Shown here: positions 25,558 to 35,201 of the stretch, piece by piece
Layout of the letters: every line of letters starts with the position of its first letter
How positions within the stretch are numbered: the stretch's first letter is position 1
Origin: an uncultured bacterium
GTDB lineage: Bacteria; Verrucomicrobiota; Kiritimatiellia; CAIKKV01; CAIYGI01
DNA: 57,773 bases
Assembly: GCA_903925685.1 (NCBI GenBank)
Contig: CAIYGI010000186.1
Span: 1-57,773, forward strand
Direction: 5' to 3'
Program-made: the position numbers and the translations under genes
The notes under the pieces: generated by a model
Told to the model about the DNA's origin: nothing
The model's input: only the letters and a program-made list of their open reading frames with translations
Database searches by the model: none

Positions 25558-27474
25558 TTATCCCTTCGCCCGATTTCGGCGCAGCAGCAGGCCTGCGATG
25601 CCGAAGCCGGCGATCAGCAGCGGGATGGCAAGTATATTGATCAGTTTGATCCGCATGCCGAGAGCTTCGATGTCCTCGCGCAGGTTCCTGCGCACGTCCT
25701 TGAGTTGCTTGCGGGTGTTGACGACCTCCTGGCGGAAACCTTCGATGGCCTGCTGCTGCCGGGGATTGAGCGTCAGGCGCTGCTTGTCGTCCTTGCGAGT
25801 TTGCAGTTCCTTGATGTGCTGTTGCGTGGCCTGGAGTTTCTCCTCGAGGGCTTTTTCCTGCTCGATCCAGCGTTCGGTGGCGGTGTTCTGCATGGCGAGC
25901 ACGCGGCTGAAGGGACGTTGCGTGCGGCCGCGGCTGCGGATGGCGATCAGCGCCGGACCGCCGTTCAACTGGTCAACCAGGTTGCCGAAGAAGGCGATGT
26001 TGTTGTTGACCGGCTGGGAGATGCCCATGAAGTCCATTTCCTGAACGGTGTAGGGATTGGCCAGGCAATCCACGTCGCCTACCAGAACGACGGTTCCGTT
26101 GGTGACGCTTTCGGCGAGGCCTTTGACGGTGGCGGCGGCGTTGGTCTGCGCGCTGCCGTCCGCGTTTCTGGCGGCGGGCTGGCCGTCCGGGAAGGCCGTT
26201 GTAAAGTGCCCCTCGATCCGAACCGCCAGCCATTGTTGCTTGTCGGTGCGTTTGTAATCGCGAAGTCCGGCCTTTGGGTCGAATTGCGCGGCCATGGTGT
26301 CGGTGAGCGAAGAGCGCGCGCTGGAGTGAATCAACGGCGTGGCCGTGAGCCCCTTCTTTTCGTCAACCGTAAAGGAGCCGGCGTAGACCATCATCATGCT
26401 TTCCAGCGAAGCGGTGGCGATTTCCTTGGGATTGAGATTGTCAGCCCGCAGGGAGAGATAAAGCGGCGACTCGACTACCTGCTGGTCGCGGCCGCGCACC
26501 GGCGTAGCGGCTTCGATGTCGGCGACTATCTTGTCGGTGTCGAAATGCACGCCCCAGGCGGGTAGCAGTTTGCCGAGCGTGGAACTCCGTCCGCCGCCGC
26601 CGCCCATCATGGCCATCTGGTCGCCGGCGCCCGGATCGACGGTGCAGAAAGGGTCCAGGCATGCGATCAGGCGTCCGCCGCGCAGGACGAACTGGTCGAT
26701 CGCGTAGAGCGTGCGCTCGGAAAGTTCCTTGGGGTGGACGACGATCAGGGTCTTGATTTCGGGGGCGATCGTTTCGGCCGAGACCGGGACCTGGCGCAGG
26801 TTGTAAAGCTCACGCAGATCGCCAAAAGCCGCCCAGGTTTTTTCCTGGCCCTTCGGAGGTCCGCCCATCATCGGCGGCAGGCCGGACGGCGCGCCCAGCA
26901 CGGGCAGAGTACTCAGCACGCCAACCACGGGCTTTTCCGGCTGCGCCACGTTTTGGATCAGGCGCGTGATGTTGTATTCCAGCATGGCCTCCGCGCGCGG
27001 GTCCACCACGGGGATCGCGGCGTGCTGGTCGCCGCAGACGGCGGCGATGCCCAGGTAGAGCATGGCGCCTTCCGCGTTGATCGGCTGGCCGGCGACGCCC
27101 TGGCTTTCGGCCAGGTCCGCGGCGTCGGAATCAGGCGCCGGATCGTAGGGCTCCATGACGATCTTGCCTGCCCCGGCCTTTTCGTATTCGCCGAGCAGGT
27201 CGCGCACCTGAGCCGCGAAATTCTTGAGCGGCCCCGGCAGGCTGGGTTCGCTGCCGTTGAAGAAGAACTGCAGCGTTACCGGATGGCGCAGATCCGCCAG
27301 CACCGCGCGCGTGCCGGGGGAGAGCGTGTAGAGCCGTTCCTGGGTCAGATCGGCGCGCAGTCTGAAGACGCCAAAAATCAGGTTGGCGGCAACCAGCATC
27401 GCCAGCAGAATCAGCACGCCGGCGATGCCGCCGCCGATGCGCCAGGCCCGAAGAGTCGAATTTGGTGAGTGCAT
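25558..27474 (-). CDS. GldG-family ABC transporter auxiliary component
   Basis: DLTQERLYTLSPGT, EYNITRLI, YAIDQFVLRGG..DP, coiled coil and C-terminal TM. Confidence 0.9.
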   Translation of the reverse strand: MHSPNSTLRAWRIGGGIAGVLILLAMLVAANLIFGVFRLRADLTQERLYTLSPGTRAVLADLRHPVTLQFFFNGSEPSLPGPLKNFAAQVRDLLGEYEKAGAGKIVMEPYDPAPDSDAADLAESQGVAGQPINAEGAMLYLGIAAVCGDQHAAIPVVDPRAEAMLEYNITRLIQNVAQPEKPVVGVLSTLPVLGAPSGLPPMMGGPPKGQEKTWAAFGDLRELYNLRQVPVSAETIAPEIKTLIVVHPKELSERTLYAIDQFVLRGGRLIACLDPFCTVDPGAGDQMAMMGGGGGRSSTLGKLLPAWGVHFDTDKIVADIEAATPVRGRDQQVVESPLYLSLRADNLNPKEIATASLESMMMVYAGSFTVDEKKGLTATPLIHSSARSSLTDTMAAQFDPKAGLRDYKRTDKQQWLAVRIEGHFTTAFPDGQPAARNADGSAQTNAAATVKGLAESVTNGTVVLVGDVDCLANPYTVQEMDFMGISQPVNNNIAFFGNLVDQLNGGPALIAIRSRGRTQRPFSRVLAMQNTATERWIEQEKALEEKLQATQQHIKELQTRKDDKQRLTLNPRQQQAIEGFRQEVVNTRKQLKDVRRNLREDIEALGMRIKLINILAIPLLIAGFGIAGLLLRRNRAKG

Positions 27475-27501
27475 ATTTGTGATGTTCCTTTACTATGCGA
27501 A

Positions 27502-28248
27502 TCAGGCGGCCCTGCGGTTTTCGAGCACGACATGCGCGGTGAAGAGCATGAAGACGATCACGCTGACGAAGTAGGCCAGATCGCGCAAATCCAGCACGCC
27601 GCGCTGCAGCGAATCGAAGTGCGCCATGAAACTGAAGGCGGCCACGCCGTCCACCAGCCAGAGCGGCGCCCAGTGGGCGAGCATGCCGGTGACCGGCGGC
27701 CAGCCCGCGATCAGCAGGAAGAAGCCGATCGCCACCGAGAGCACGAAGCTGATCACCTGGTTGCGCGTCATGGCCGACGTCAGCATGCCGACCGCGAGGT
27801 AGGCGCCGGAGAGCAGCAGGCTGCCGAGGTAACCGCCCGCAATCGCGCCGCCGTCGGGCGCGCCAAGGTAGCAGGTGGTTATTACGATCGGAAAGGTTAG
27901 CGCCAGCGCCGCCGCGAGAAAGGTCCAGGCCGCGAAGAACTTGCCCAGAATCGCCTGGTTCAGCGTGATCGGCAGCGTCAGCAGCAGCTCGATCGTGCCC
28001 GTGCGCCGCTCCTCGGCCCACAGCCGCATGGCGGCGGCGGGGACCAGGATCAGATAGACCCACGGATGCCACATGAAGAAGCTCCGTAAATCGGCCTGAT
28101 TGTTTTCGTAGAAATTGCTGACCGAAAAGGTCAGAAACGCCGTCAGCACCAGAAACACCACCATAAACACATACGCCACGGGCGAGGTGATATAGGCGCG
28201 GACTTCCCGTTTATACACCGCCCAGGCGGGTCCAGAAAAACACGTCAT
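27502..28248 (-). CDS. ABC-2 type permease (GldF-like)
   Basis: KRE..Y..SPVAYVF, MRLWAEERRTGTIELLLTLP, GKF. Confidence 0.9.
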   Translation of the reverse strand: MTCFSGPAWAVYKREVRAYITSPVAYVFMVVFLVLTAFLTFSVSNFYENNQADLRSFFMWHPWVYLILVPAAAMRLWAEERRTGTIELLLTLPITLNQAILGKFFAAWTFLAAALALTFPIVITTCYLGAPDGGAIAGGYLGSLLLSGAYLAVGMLTSAMTRNQVISFVLSVAIGFFLLIAGWPPVTGMLAHWAPLWLVDGVAAFSFMAHFDSLQRGVLDLRDLAYFVSVIVFMLFTAHVVLENRRAA

Positions 28249-28292
28249 GATTCAGTCTCCTAATTGTATCCGGAATCGTTTGTGAAAAGGCG

Positions 28293-29030
28293 TCAGCCGA
28301 CCTTGCGGACCGGTTCGTCGCCGATGGTGAGCGTATGGAAGACATCCTCCAGCCGGCCCGACGGGCTGCGGGCCTTGAGTTCGGCCGGGGTGCCGTTGGC
28401 GACGATCTGGCCGTGGGCGATGACAATCACGCGCGTACAGATGGCATCCACCTCTTCCAGGATGTGCGTCGAGAGCACGATCACCTTCTGGAGGGCCATC
28501 TCGCGGATCATCGCCCGCACAACCTGCTTCTGGTTCGGATCCAGACCGTCGGTTGGTTCGTCCATGATCAGCACCGGGGGATCGTGCAGAATTGCCTGGG
28601 CGAGGCCCGTGCGCTGCTTGTAGCCTTTCGAAAGCGTCTCGATGGCCTGCAGGCGGACCTGTTCCAGATGACATTGGGCGATCGCATGCTCGACCCGCGC
28701 ATCGCGCGTCACACCGTGGAATCCGCGCACCTCGGCCACGAAGCGCAGGAATTGGACCACCGTCATTTCGCCGTAAACCGGCGAATTTTCGGGGAGGTAG
28801 CCGATTTCGTGCTTGGCGGCGAGCGTGTCGCTGACGATGTCATGCCCGTTCACAATCGCCGTGCCCGCCGAAGGCGGCAGGAAGCCGGTGATCATGCGCA
28901 TGGTGGTGGACTTTCCGGCTCCGTTGGGCCCCAGAAAACCCAGCACTTCGCCGCGCTCGACCTTGAACGAGACGCCCCGGACCGCGTGAATCGGCCCAAA
29001 GCGTTTATGCAAATCGCGTACTTCCAGCAT
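28293..29030 (-). CDS. ABC transporter ATP-binding protein (GldA-like)
   Basis: GPNGAGKST, LSKGYKQR, MDEPTDGLDP. Confidence 0.95.
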   Translation of the reverse strand: MLEVRDLHKRFGPIHAVRGVSFKVERGEVLGFLGPNGAGKSTTMRMITGFLPPSAGTAIVNGHDIVSDTLAAKHEIGYLPENSPVYGEMTVVQFLRFVAEVRGFHGVTRDARVEHAIAQCHLEQVRLQAIETLSKGYKQRTGLAQAILHDPPVLIMDEPTDGLDPNQKQVVRAMIREMALQKVIVLSTHILEEVDAICTRVIVIAHGQIVANGTPAELKARSPSGRLEDVFHTLTIGDEPVRKVG

Positions 29031-29090
29031 GCCTCCATCCTTTCTTCTTGCAGATCGCCCGTCAGCCGCGATGCGGCCCGCGCGTGGTCC

Positions 29091-29789
29091 TCAGTGTACA
29101 GGAATCTCCGTGATTGTGGGAGTTGTGCCTGGGCGCCGCGGCACCACGATCGTCAGGACATGATTAGTGTAGTTCGCCGCGATCTGCGCCGGGTCTGGCG
29201 TTTCGGTCAGGCGGATGCAGCGTTCGATGCGGCTCCAACCGCTGGTTTGTCCGCGCGTCTGACTCAAACTTGCCGCGATGGTCAGGTAAGGTCCCGCCAC
29301 GGAAATACGAATGCCCTGCGCGTCGGCGTTGGGAAGGTGCAGCGCAATCCGGCAGCGCTCCGCGGTCTGCTCGACATTGAGCCCCGGCGCGGCCGGCAGG
29401 TCGCGCCAGCCCTCGTCGAACGCCAGCGGCGGGCCGAAGTGTTCCAGGTCGTCCGCCGCATGGGCGAACAAGGCATCCACCTGGGCGCGCATCCGGCGCA
29501 TTCTGTCGAAGGGGTTTTCGACCGACAGGTTCTCCTGAAGATTGGTTGCGAGCGGCCTGGACTCGATGGGGAAGGCCCGCTCGAACATCCGGTCAATCTC
29601 TCCCTGCATGCGGTCGAAGGACTCGCCAGGATTCCATCCAACGCGCGCGAGCGGTGCGGAACGCGCCGTAAACCACTTTGCCCGCAACGGAAATCCGCGC
29701 AGCAGGATAGCCGCCTGCAACAAGGCCACCACGGCCAGCAATACAATGCCGGCGATCATCCAGCGTGAAACTTTTGGTTTTGTTTCCAT
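29091..29789 (-). CDS. Hsp20/alpha-crystallin family protein with N-terminal TM helix
   Basis: C-terminal alpha-crystallin pattern (LNVEQ..LP..I.ISV..LTI..ERCIRL..A.Y.N.VLTIVVP); two PFDRM-like repeats. Confidence 0.7.
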   Translation of the reverse strand: METKPKVSRWMIAGIVLLAVVALLQAAILLRGFPLRAKWFTARSAPLARVGWNPGESFDRMQGEIDRMFERAFPIESRPLATNLQENLSVENPFDRMRRMRAQVDALFAHAADDLEHFGPPLAFDEGWRDLPAAPGLNVEQTAERCRIALHLPNADAQGIRISVAGPYLTIAASLSQTRGQTSGWSRIERCIRLTETPDPAQIAANYTNHVLTIVVPRRPGTTPTITEIPVH

Positions 29790-29936
29790 AACCAAGGCTA
29801 CGCAAGCAACTCAGGGTTCTGTCGCGCCGCCGACCGTTGGCCGGATAGCGCATAGCACGAGCCTGGTGTAGCCGCCTGCCTGCGCTCGTTCTACACAGAC
29901 CAACACCACCATCAACACAATGGCGGTTTCGCAGAA

Positions 29937-30004
29937 CAGGGTTCAGGAAGGAGGTGAAGCAATGCACAACAAGTTCCTTCCTGAACCCTGAGACCCTGAA
30001 CCCT
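29937..30004. repeat. 16-bp perfect inverted repeat built from (CAGGGTT/CTGAACC) heptamers
   Basis: CAGGGTTCAGGAAGGA (29937) / TCCTTCCTGAACCCTG (29975) plus two extra units. Confidence 0.8.
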
Positions 30005-30044
30005 CCTTTCTGTGGCCCATGCCACAAAGATCATTGCGTTTAAT

Positions 30045-30061
30045 AGCAAGTGTTGTGCCAA
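30045..30061 (-). promoter_or_regulatory. sigma54 (-24/-12) promoter upstream of the Hsp20 gene
   Basis: TTGGCACAACACTTGCT with exact GG-N10-GC spacing. Confidence 0.7.
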
Positions 30062-30181
30062 TCTGATTTCAGCGCTGTTGTGCAAACTGTTTTCACGCTG
30101 AGGGGCCATTAAAGTGGGAAGCGCTCCGCGCGGGCTCGTGCTTGACTGGACAACTTGTCGTGCATGGTGACAAACTGTCGT

Positions 30182-30250
30182 GCGGTTGTGTTTAGAACGA
30201 AGACGGCGCTCTCGGCGAGAGCGCCCCACCTTGCCCTTCCACCACATCAC
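30182..30250. repeat. GTAG-family REP plus flanks, inverted copy of 40754-40822
   Basis: GGCGCTCTC-GGC-GAGAGCGCC-CCAC; ~70 bp closely matching the second copy. Confidence 0.85.
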
Positions 30251-30299
30251 GGACGGGCGCATCTGCGAATCACCTGAAGATGGGACGCTACGTGAATTT

Positions 30300-30362
30300 G
30301 GAGGGACGACCTTGCTACGCTGCGAAGTAGCACTCCGCTACGTAGCACGAGCCGTGTCGTCC
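30300..30362. repeat. GGAG-type REP interrupted by a 39-bp palindromic insert
   Basis: GGAG GGACGAC CT[insert]CCGT GTCGTCC; second copy at 40980-41042. Confidence 0.8.
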
Positions 30363-30500
30363 GCGGGGGAGTTTAAGAGTCTCGAAGGCAAAATATTCCT
30401 CGGGGTCCTTCCGACATGCTAAGATCGCCATGTATTTCATTTTGACTCGCATCGGCCGCGGTGGCTTGAGATTCACGAGTAGACTTGAAAGAAGTGCGAC

Positions 30501-31559
30501 ATGAGCGGAAAAATTCGTTGGGGTTTGCTGGCGGCCGGAACGATTGCCCGGGCCTTTGCGCGTGGTCTGGCGCAATCGCAGACCGGCATGTTGCTGGCGG
30601 TCGGTTCGCGGACGCACGAAAAGGCCGCCGCCTTCGCCGCCGGGTTCGGCGCGCCGCGGGTCTACGGCACATATGATGAACTGCTGGCCGACAAGGATGT
30701 CCAGGCCGTCTACATCTCGACACCGCACCCGCAACACATGGAATGGGCCATCCGGGCCGCCCTGGCGGGCAAGCATCTGCTGGTCGAAAAGCCGATCGGC
30801 ATCAATCGGCACCAGGCCCGGGCCATGATCGATGCCGCGGCCGCCAACCGTGTATTCCTGATGGAAGCCTACATGTACCGCTGTCATCCCCAGACCGCCC
30901 GGCTGGTCGAACTGCTCAGCGAGAAGGCGATCGGCGAGGTGCGTGTGATCCAGGCCACCTTCTCGTTCCAAGCCGCGTTCAACCCGGCAAGCCGTCTGTG
31001 GAGCAACACCCTGGCAGGCGGCGGGATTCTCGATGTCGGCGGCTACACAACCTCGATCGCCCGCCTGATCGCCGGCGCCGCCGTGGGCCAACCGTTCGCC
31101 GATCCGCTGGCCGTCACCGGCGCCGGGCGGCTGCATCCCCTGACCGGCGTGGACGAATGGGCCGTCGGCACCCTGCGGTTTGCCTCCGGCAGCGTGGCTC
31201 AGCTCGCCACCGGCGTATCGGTCAGTCAGGAAAACGTCGTGCGCATCTTTGGCAGCGAAGGCCATATCCTTCTGCCCACCCCATACGTCTCCGCCCGCGA
31301 GGGGCCCGTGCCAGGACGGATCGTCGTACAGCGTAACGGCGAACAGACGCCGCGCGTGATCGACATCCCCACCGCGCTCACCAGTTTCGCGCACGAGGCC
31401 GACGCGGTCGGTCAGGCGATCGCCGCCGGACGCCAGCAGGCCGCGGCGCCGGCGATGTCGTGGGCCGACACGCTCGGCAACCTGCGGACGCAGGACCAGT
31501 GGCGCGCCGCGATCGGATTGCTCTACGAGTCGGAGAAGAAGGAAGGCGCATCCGTGTGA
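30501..31559 (+). CDS. Gfo/Idh/MocA family oxidoreductase
   Basis: IRWGLLAAGTIA, YISTPHPQH, GKHLLVEKP, GGGILDVGGY. Confidence 0.93.
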   Translation: MSGKIRWGLLAAGTIARAFARGLAQSQTGMLLAVGSRTHEKAAAFAAGFGAPRVYGTYDELLADKDVQAVYISTPHPQHMEWAIRAALAGKHLLVEKPIGINRHQARAMIDAAAANRVFLMEAYMYRCHPQTARLVELLSEKAIGEVRVIQATFSFQAAFNPASRLWSNTLAGGGILDVGGYTTSIARLIAGAAVGQPFADPLAVTGAGRLHPLTGVDEWAVGTLRFASGSVAQLATGVSVSQENVVRIFGSEGHILLPTPYVSAREGPVPGRIVVQRNGEQTPRVIDIPTALTSFAHEADAVGQAIAAGRQQAAAPAMSWADTLGNLRTQDQWRAAIGLLYESEKKEGASV

Positions 31560-31565
31560 CAGGTC

Positions 31566-32822
31566 TTATGCGCCGCCGCCGCGCAAAAGGGCCTGGCGCA
31601 GCATGTTCAACGCCGTCTTACCGGCGCGGTCGCGCACGGCGGCACGGTCGCCGGGGAACAGAACGCGTTGTGCGGTGACAGCCGGACCCCCGGCGCCCGG
31701 CACGGCGAGCGCGATCCAAACTGTGCCCACCGGTTTGTCCGCCGTGCCGCCGTCGGGACCGGCGACGCCCGTCAGGGCCAGCGCGCAGTCGGCGCCGCCG
31801 CGTTCCAGCGCGCCGGTGGCCATGGCGCGGGCAACCGGTTCGCTGACTGCGCCATCTTTCTCGATCAGCTTCACAGGCACGCCCAGGGCACTTGTTTTGA
31901 GCGCATTTGTATAAACCACCCAGCCGCCGCGGAACCAGTCGCTCGATCCGGGAATATCGGTGATCTGCGCCGCCACGCCGCCGCCCGTGCAACTCTCGGC
32001 CGTGACCAGTGTCATGTCGCGCTCTTTCATCAATCGGCCGACGGCGCGCGCCAGCGTATCGTCATCCGCGCCGTAAATCAGATTGCCGAGGCGTGCCTGA
32101 ATGTCCGCGACGGTCGCCTGGAGCGCCGCTTCCGCCTCGGCCAGGGTGGAGGCTTCGCTGCGAACGCGGACGGAAACGACCCCGAGCGAAACTGTTGTGC
32201 CGACGACGGGATTGCGTCCGCGGCGCATCAGGTCGCCAAGGCGTTCGCCGATCTGCGATTCGCCTTCGCCAAAGGTGCGGATGGTGCGGGTGAGGATCAC
32301 CCGTCCGGACTGTGCCGCTAGGGTGGGGACCAGGTGTCGCAGGAACATGGCCTTCATTTCACGCGGAACGCCGGGGAAGGCATAGACGGTCGCCTGACCG
32401 ATACGCACGCGCAGTCCGGGCGCGGTGCCGCAGTCGTTGTCGAGCCAATCCGCGCCGCGCGGGCAAAGCGCCTGCACCCGGTTGGAGGCGCTCATCGTAC
32501 GCTGGTGTTGCTTGAACCAGGTCGCGACGGCGGCCAGGGCGTCGGTCCGTTCCTCCAGCGGAACGCCCGCCGCATCGGCCAGCGCGTCGCGCGTCAGATC
32601 GTCCTGTGTCGGTCCGAGCCCGCCGGTAACGAGCACAAGTTCGGTCGTGGCCGCGGCCTGGCGGACGGCGGCGGCCGTGGCGGCGCGGTCGTCGGGAACA
32701 ATCAGATGACCAAGCACGGGAATGCCCAGCGCCGTGAGTTGCTCGCTGAGCCAGGGCGAGTTGGTGTCCACCGTCTGACCGAGGGTGAGTTCGTCGCCGA
32801 TGCCAATGATGAATGCGTGCAT
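31566..32822 (-). CDS. cinA: Competence/damage-inducible protein A (CinA; NMN deamidase PncC domain)
   Basis: GDELTLGQTVDTN, TGGLGPTQDDLT, PGVPREM, AESCTGG, TGVAGPDGG. Confidence 0.95.
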   Translation of the reverse strand: MHAFIIGIGDELTLGQTVDTNSPWLSEQLTALGIPVLGHLIVPDDRAATAAAVRQAAATTELVLVTGGLGPTQDDLTRDALADAAGVPLEERTDALAAVATWFKQHQRTMSASNRVQALCPRGADWLDNDCGTAPGLRVRIGQATVYAFPGVPREMKAMFLRHLVPTLAAQSGRVILTRTIRTFGEGESQIGERLGDLMRRGRNPVVGTTVSLGVVSVRVRSEASTLAEAEAALQATVADIQARLGNLIYGADDDTLARAVGRLMKERDMTLVTAESCTGGGVAAQITDIPGSSDWFRGGWVVYTNALKTSALGVPVKLIEKDGAVSEPVARAMATGALERGGADCALALTGVAGPDGGTADKPVGTVWIALAVPGAGGPAVTAQRVLFPGDRAAVRDRAGKTALNMLRQALLRGGGA

Positions 32823-32931
32823 GGGAGATAAGGTAGTCCGCGCGTGCCCCGACGGCAAGCCCGCTTCCAAATGTCGTTACGCTTGAGAGTACACGGGGAT
32901 TTGTGTAAACTTTTACCCCTTTGCCCCCACC

Positions 32932-34902
32932 ATGATTGATTTTCGCAATGTAAGTTTGTCGTTCGGCGACCAGACGCTGCTGGACGACGTGTCGTTCCGC
33001 ATCGAAGCGGGCGACCGCACGGGTATCGTCGGGCCTAACGGCGCCGGCAAGAGCACGGTCTTCGCGCTGCTGACAGGGGAGATGACGCCCGACGGGGGTG
33101 AGATCAGTTGCATGCGCGGCGTGCGCATGGGCCACCTGCACCAGCAACTGGACCTGGGCGGCATCCAGACCTCGATTCTCGATTACGCCGAGGACGCCCG
33201 GCCCGAAATACGGGCGATGCAGCACGAGATCGCCGCGCTGGAGGCGGCCATGTCCGCCAGTGTGGAGCCCGAGCGCGGGCGCATGCTGCGGCGTCTGGGT
33301 GAATTGCAGACCAATTTCGAGCATCAGGAAGGCTACCACCTGCGCAGCCAGGCCGAGGCGGCCTTGTGCGGACTAGGTTTCGCGACCTCGGCGCTGGGCC
33401 GGCCCTTGTGCGAATTCAGCGGTGGCTGGCAGATGCGCGTGGAACTGGCCCGCGCCATCGTGGCGCATCCCGACCTGCTGCTGCTCGACGAGCCCACCAC
33501 CTGTTTGGACATTCCGGCCGTGGAATGGCTGCAGCGGATCCTGCGCGAGTTTCGCGGCACGCTGCTGCTGGTCTCGCACGACCGCTATCTGCTCAACACC
33601 CTGACCACCAGCACGCTCGAAGTGACCTGCGGCCGGGTCACGCGCTATTCCGGGAATTACCAGTGGTACACCAACGAGCGCATCAAGCGGCATGAGCAGA
33701 TGCAGTCGTCCAAGGCCAACCAGGACCGCTACCGCGCGCAGACCGAGCGCTTCATCAACCGCTTCCGCGCCACCAGCGCCAAGGCCGCCCAGGTGCAGAG
33801 CCGCATTAAGCGGCTGGCCAAGATGGACGAGATCCTGGTGCCGGAGATTTCCTCGCGCTCGGCCCGCCTGCGGGTGGCCACCCCGCCGCCATGCGGCGTC
33901 GAAATCATGCGCATCGAAGGGGCCGGCGTGAGTTACGACGAGCAGAACTGGGTCTTGCGCGGACTCGACCTGCGCATCAGCCGCGGGGACAAGATCGGCA
34001 TCGTGGGCCTGAACGGCACCGGCAAGACCACCCTGCTGCGCACGCTGGCCGGGATGATGCCGCTGCGCGAAGGGCGGCGGGTGGTCGGCCACAACGTGGT
34101 GATCGGCTACCAGGCGCAGGATTTCTCCGAGACCATGGACCCGACGATGACCGTGCTGGCGACGGCCAAGGCGGCGGCGCCGAACCGGCCGGAACGCGAT
34201 ATCCGCGGCGTGCTGGGCGGCTTTCTGTTCTCCGGCGACGCCGTGGACAAGCCGGTGGCGGTGCTCAGCGGCGGCGAAAAGATGCGCCTGGCGTTCGTGC
34301 GCTTGCTGCTGAATCCCCCAAACTTCCTGCTGCTCGACGAGCCCACCACGCACCTCGACATTGGCGCCCGCGAGACGCTCGAACAGGCCATGCAGTCGTT
34401 CGAGGGCACCCTCTGCGTGGTCAGCCACGATATCGAGTTCGTGCGCCATGTGGCGACTTCGATCCTGGCGATGACCCCGCCGACCGTGCGGCCCTACGCC
34501 GGGACTTACGATTACTACCGGGAAAAAATGGCGCGCGAAACCGCGGCGCTGGGGACGACGGGGGAAACGGCGGCGGTGTCCGATTTCGAGACCGCGGCCT
34601 CCGGCGATCGCAAGGCCCAGCGGCGCGAGCGGGCGCGGCTGCGCGAAGAGCGTTCGCATCGTCGCCGGCCGCTGCAGCAGCGGGTGCGCGGGGCGGAGAC
34701 GGAAGTCGCGCGGCTCGAAAAGGAGCAGGCCGCGCTGGTGACCACGCTCAACCAGGCCACGCCCGGGACCGACTACAGCAAGCTCAACCGGCGCCTGACC
34801 GAAATGCAATACGAGTTGCGCATCGCGACTGAAGCCTGGGAGGCGGCCGGCCGGGAACTGGAAGAGCTCGACCGCGAGGACGCCGCGCCGGCGGAGGCAT
34901 AG
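32932..34902 (+). CDS. ABC-F family ATP-binding protein
   Basis: Two ABC domains (GPNGAGKST/FSGGW/DEPT; GLNGTGKTT/LSGGE/DEPT) and C-terminal coiled coil, no TM. Confidence 0.95.
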   Translation: MIDFRNVSLSFGDQTLLDDVSFRIEAGDRTGIVGPNGAGKSTVFALLTGEMTPDGGEISCMRGVRMGHLHQQLDLGGIQTSILDYAEDARPEIRAMQHEIAALEAAMSASVEPERGRMLRRLGELQTNFEHQEGYHLRSQAEAALCGLGFATSALGRPLCEFSGGWQMRVELARAIVAHPDLLLLDEPTTCLDIPAVEWLQRILREFRGTLLLVSHDRYLLNTLTTSTLEVTCGRVTRYSGNYQWYTNERIKRHEQMQSSKANQDRYRAQTERFINRFRATSAKAAQVQSRIKRLAKMDEILVPEISSRSARLRVATPPPCGVEIMRIEGAGVSYDEQNWVLRGLDLRISRGDKIGIVGLNGTGKTTLLRTLAGMMPLREGRRVVGHNVVIGYQAQDFSETMDPTMTVLATAKAAAPNRPERDIRGVLGGFLFSGDAVDKPVAVLSGGEKMRLAFVRLLLNPPNFLLLDEPTTHLDIGARETLEQAMQSFEGTLCVVSHDIEFVRHVATSILAMTPPTVRPYAGTYDYYREKMARETAALGTTGETAAVSDFETAASGDRKAQRRERARLREERSHRRRPLQQRVRGAETEVARLEKEQAALVTTLNQATPGTDYSKLNRRLTEMQYELRIATEAWEAAGRELEELDREDAAPAEA

Positions 34903-35201
34903 GACTGAGCGTACTTGGTGGGATCAAAACACTGGGATCGCGGTAATCGTCGTGCTTGCGTTTCTGACGCTGTTTTGACACCTTTTCTTCCATGAAAGCG
35001 ATGCATCAACTGTCTACCAAGGTCGCATGTCCGATTTCCCGAAAAGCGATTTCTTATCGTTCTACATCTCGGACTACATACGATGTAAAGCGCCAGCCAA
35101 AACGCAGCGTGGACAAGGCGCGAGCTTTCTGTGTACGTGAACGGACAATTGATAGGGTACGTCTCTCTTTCATCCTGTCTCATGCGCGTCGTGTCGTTGA
35201 T

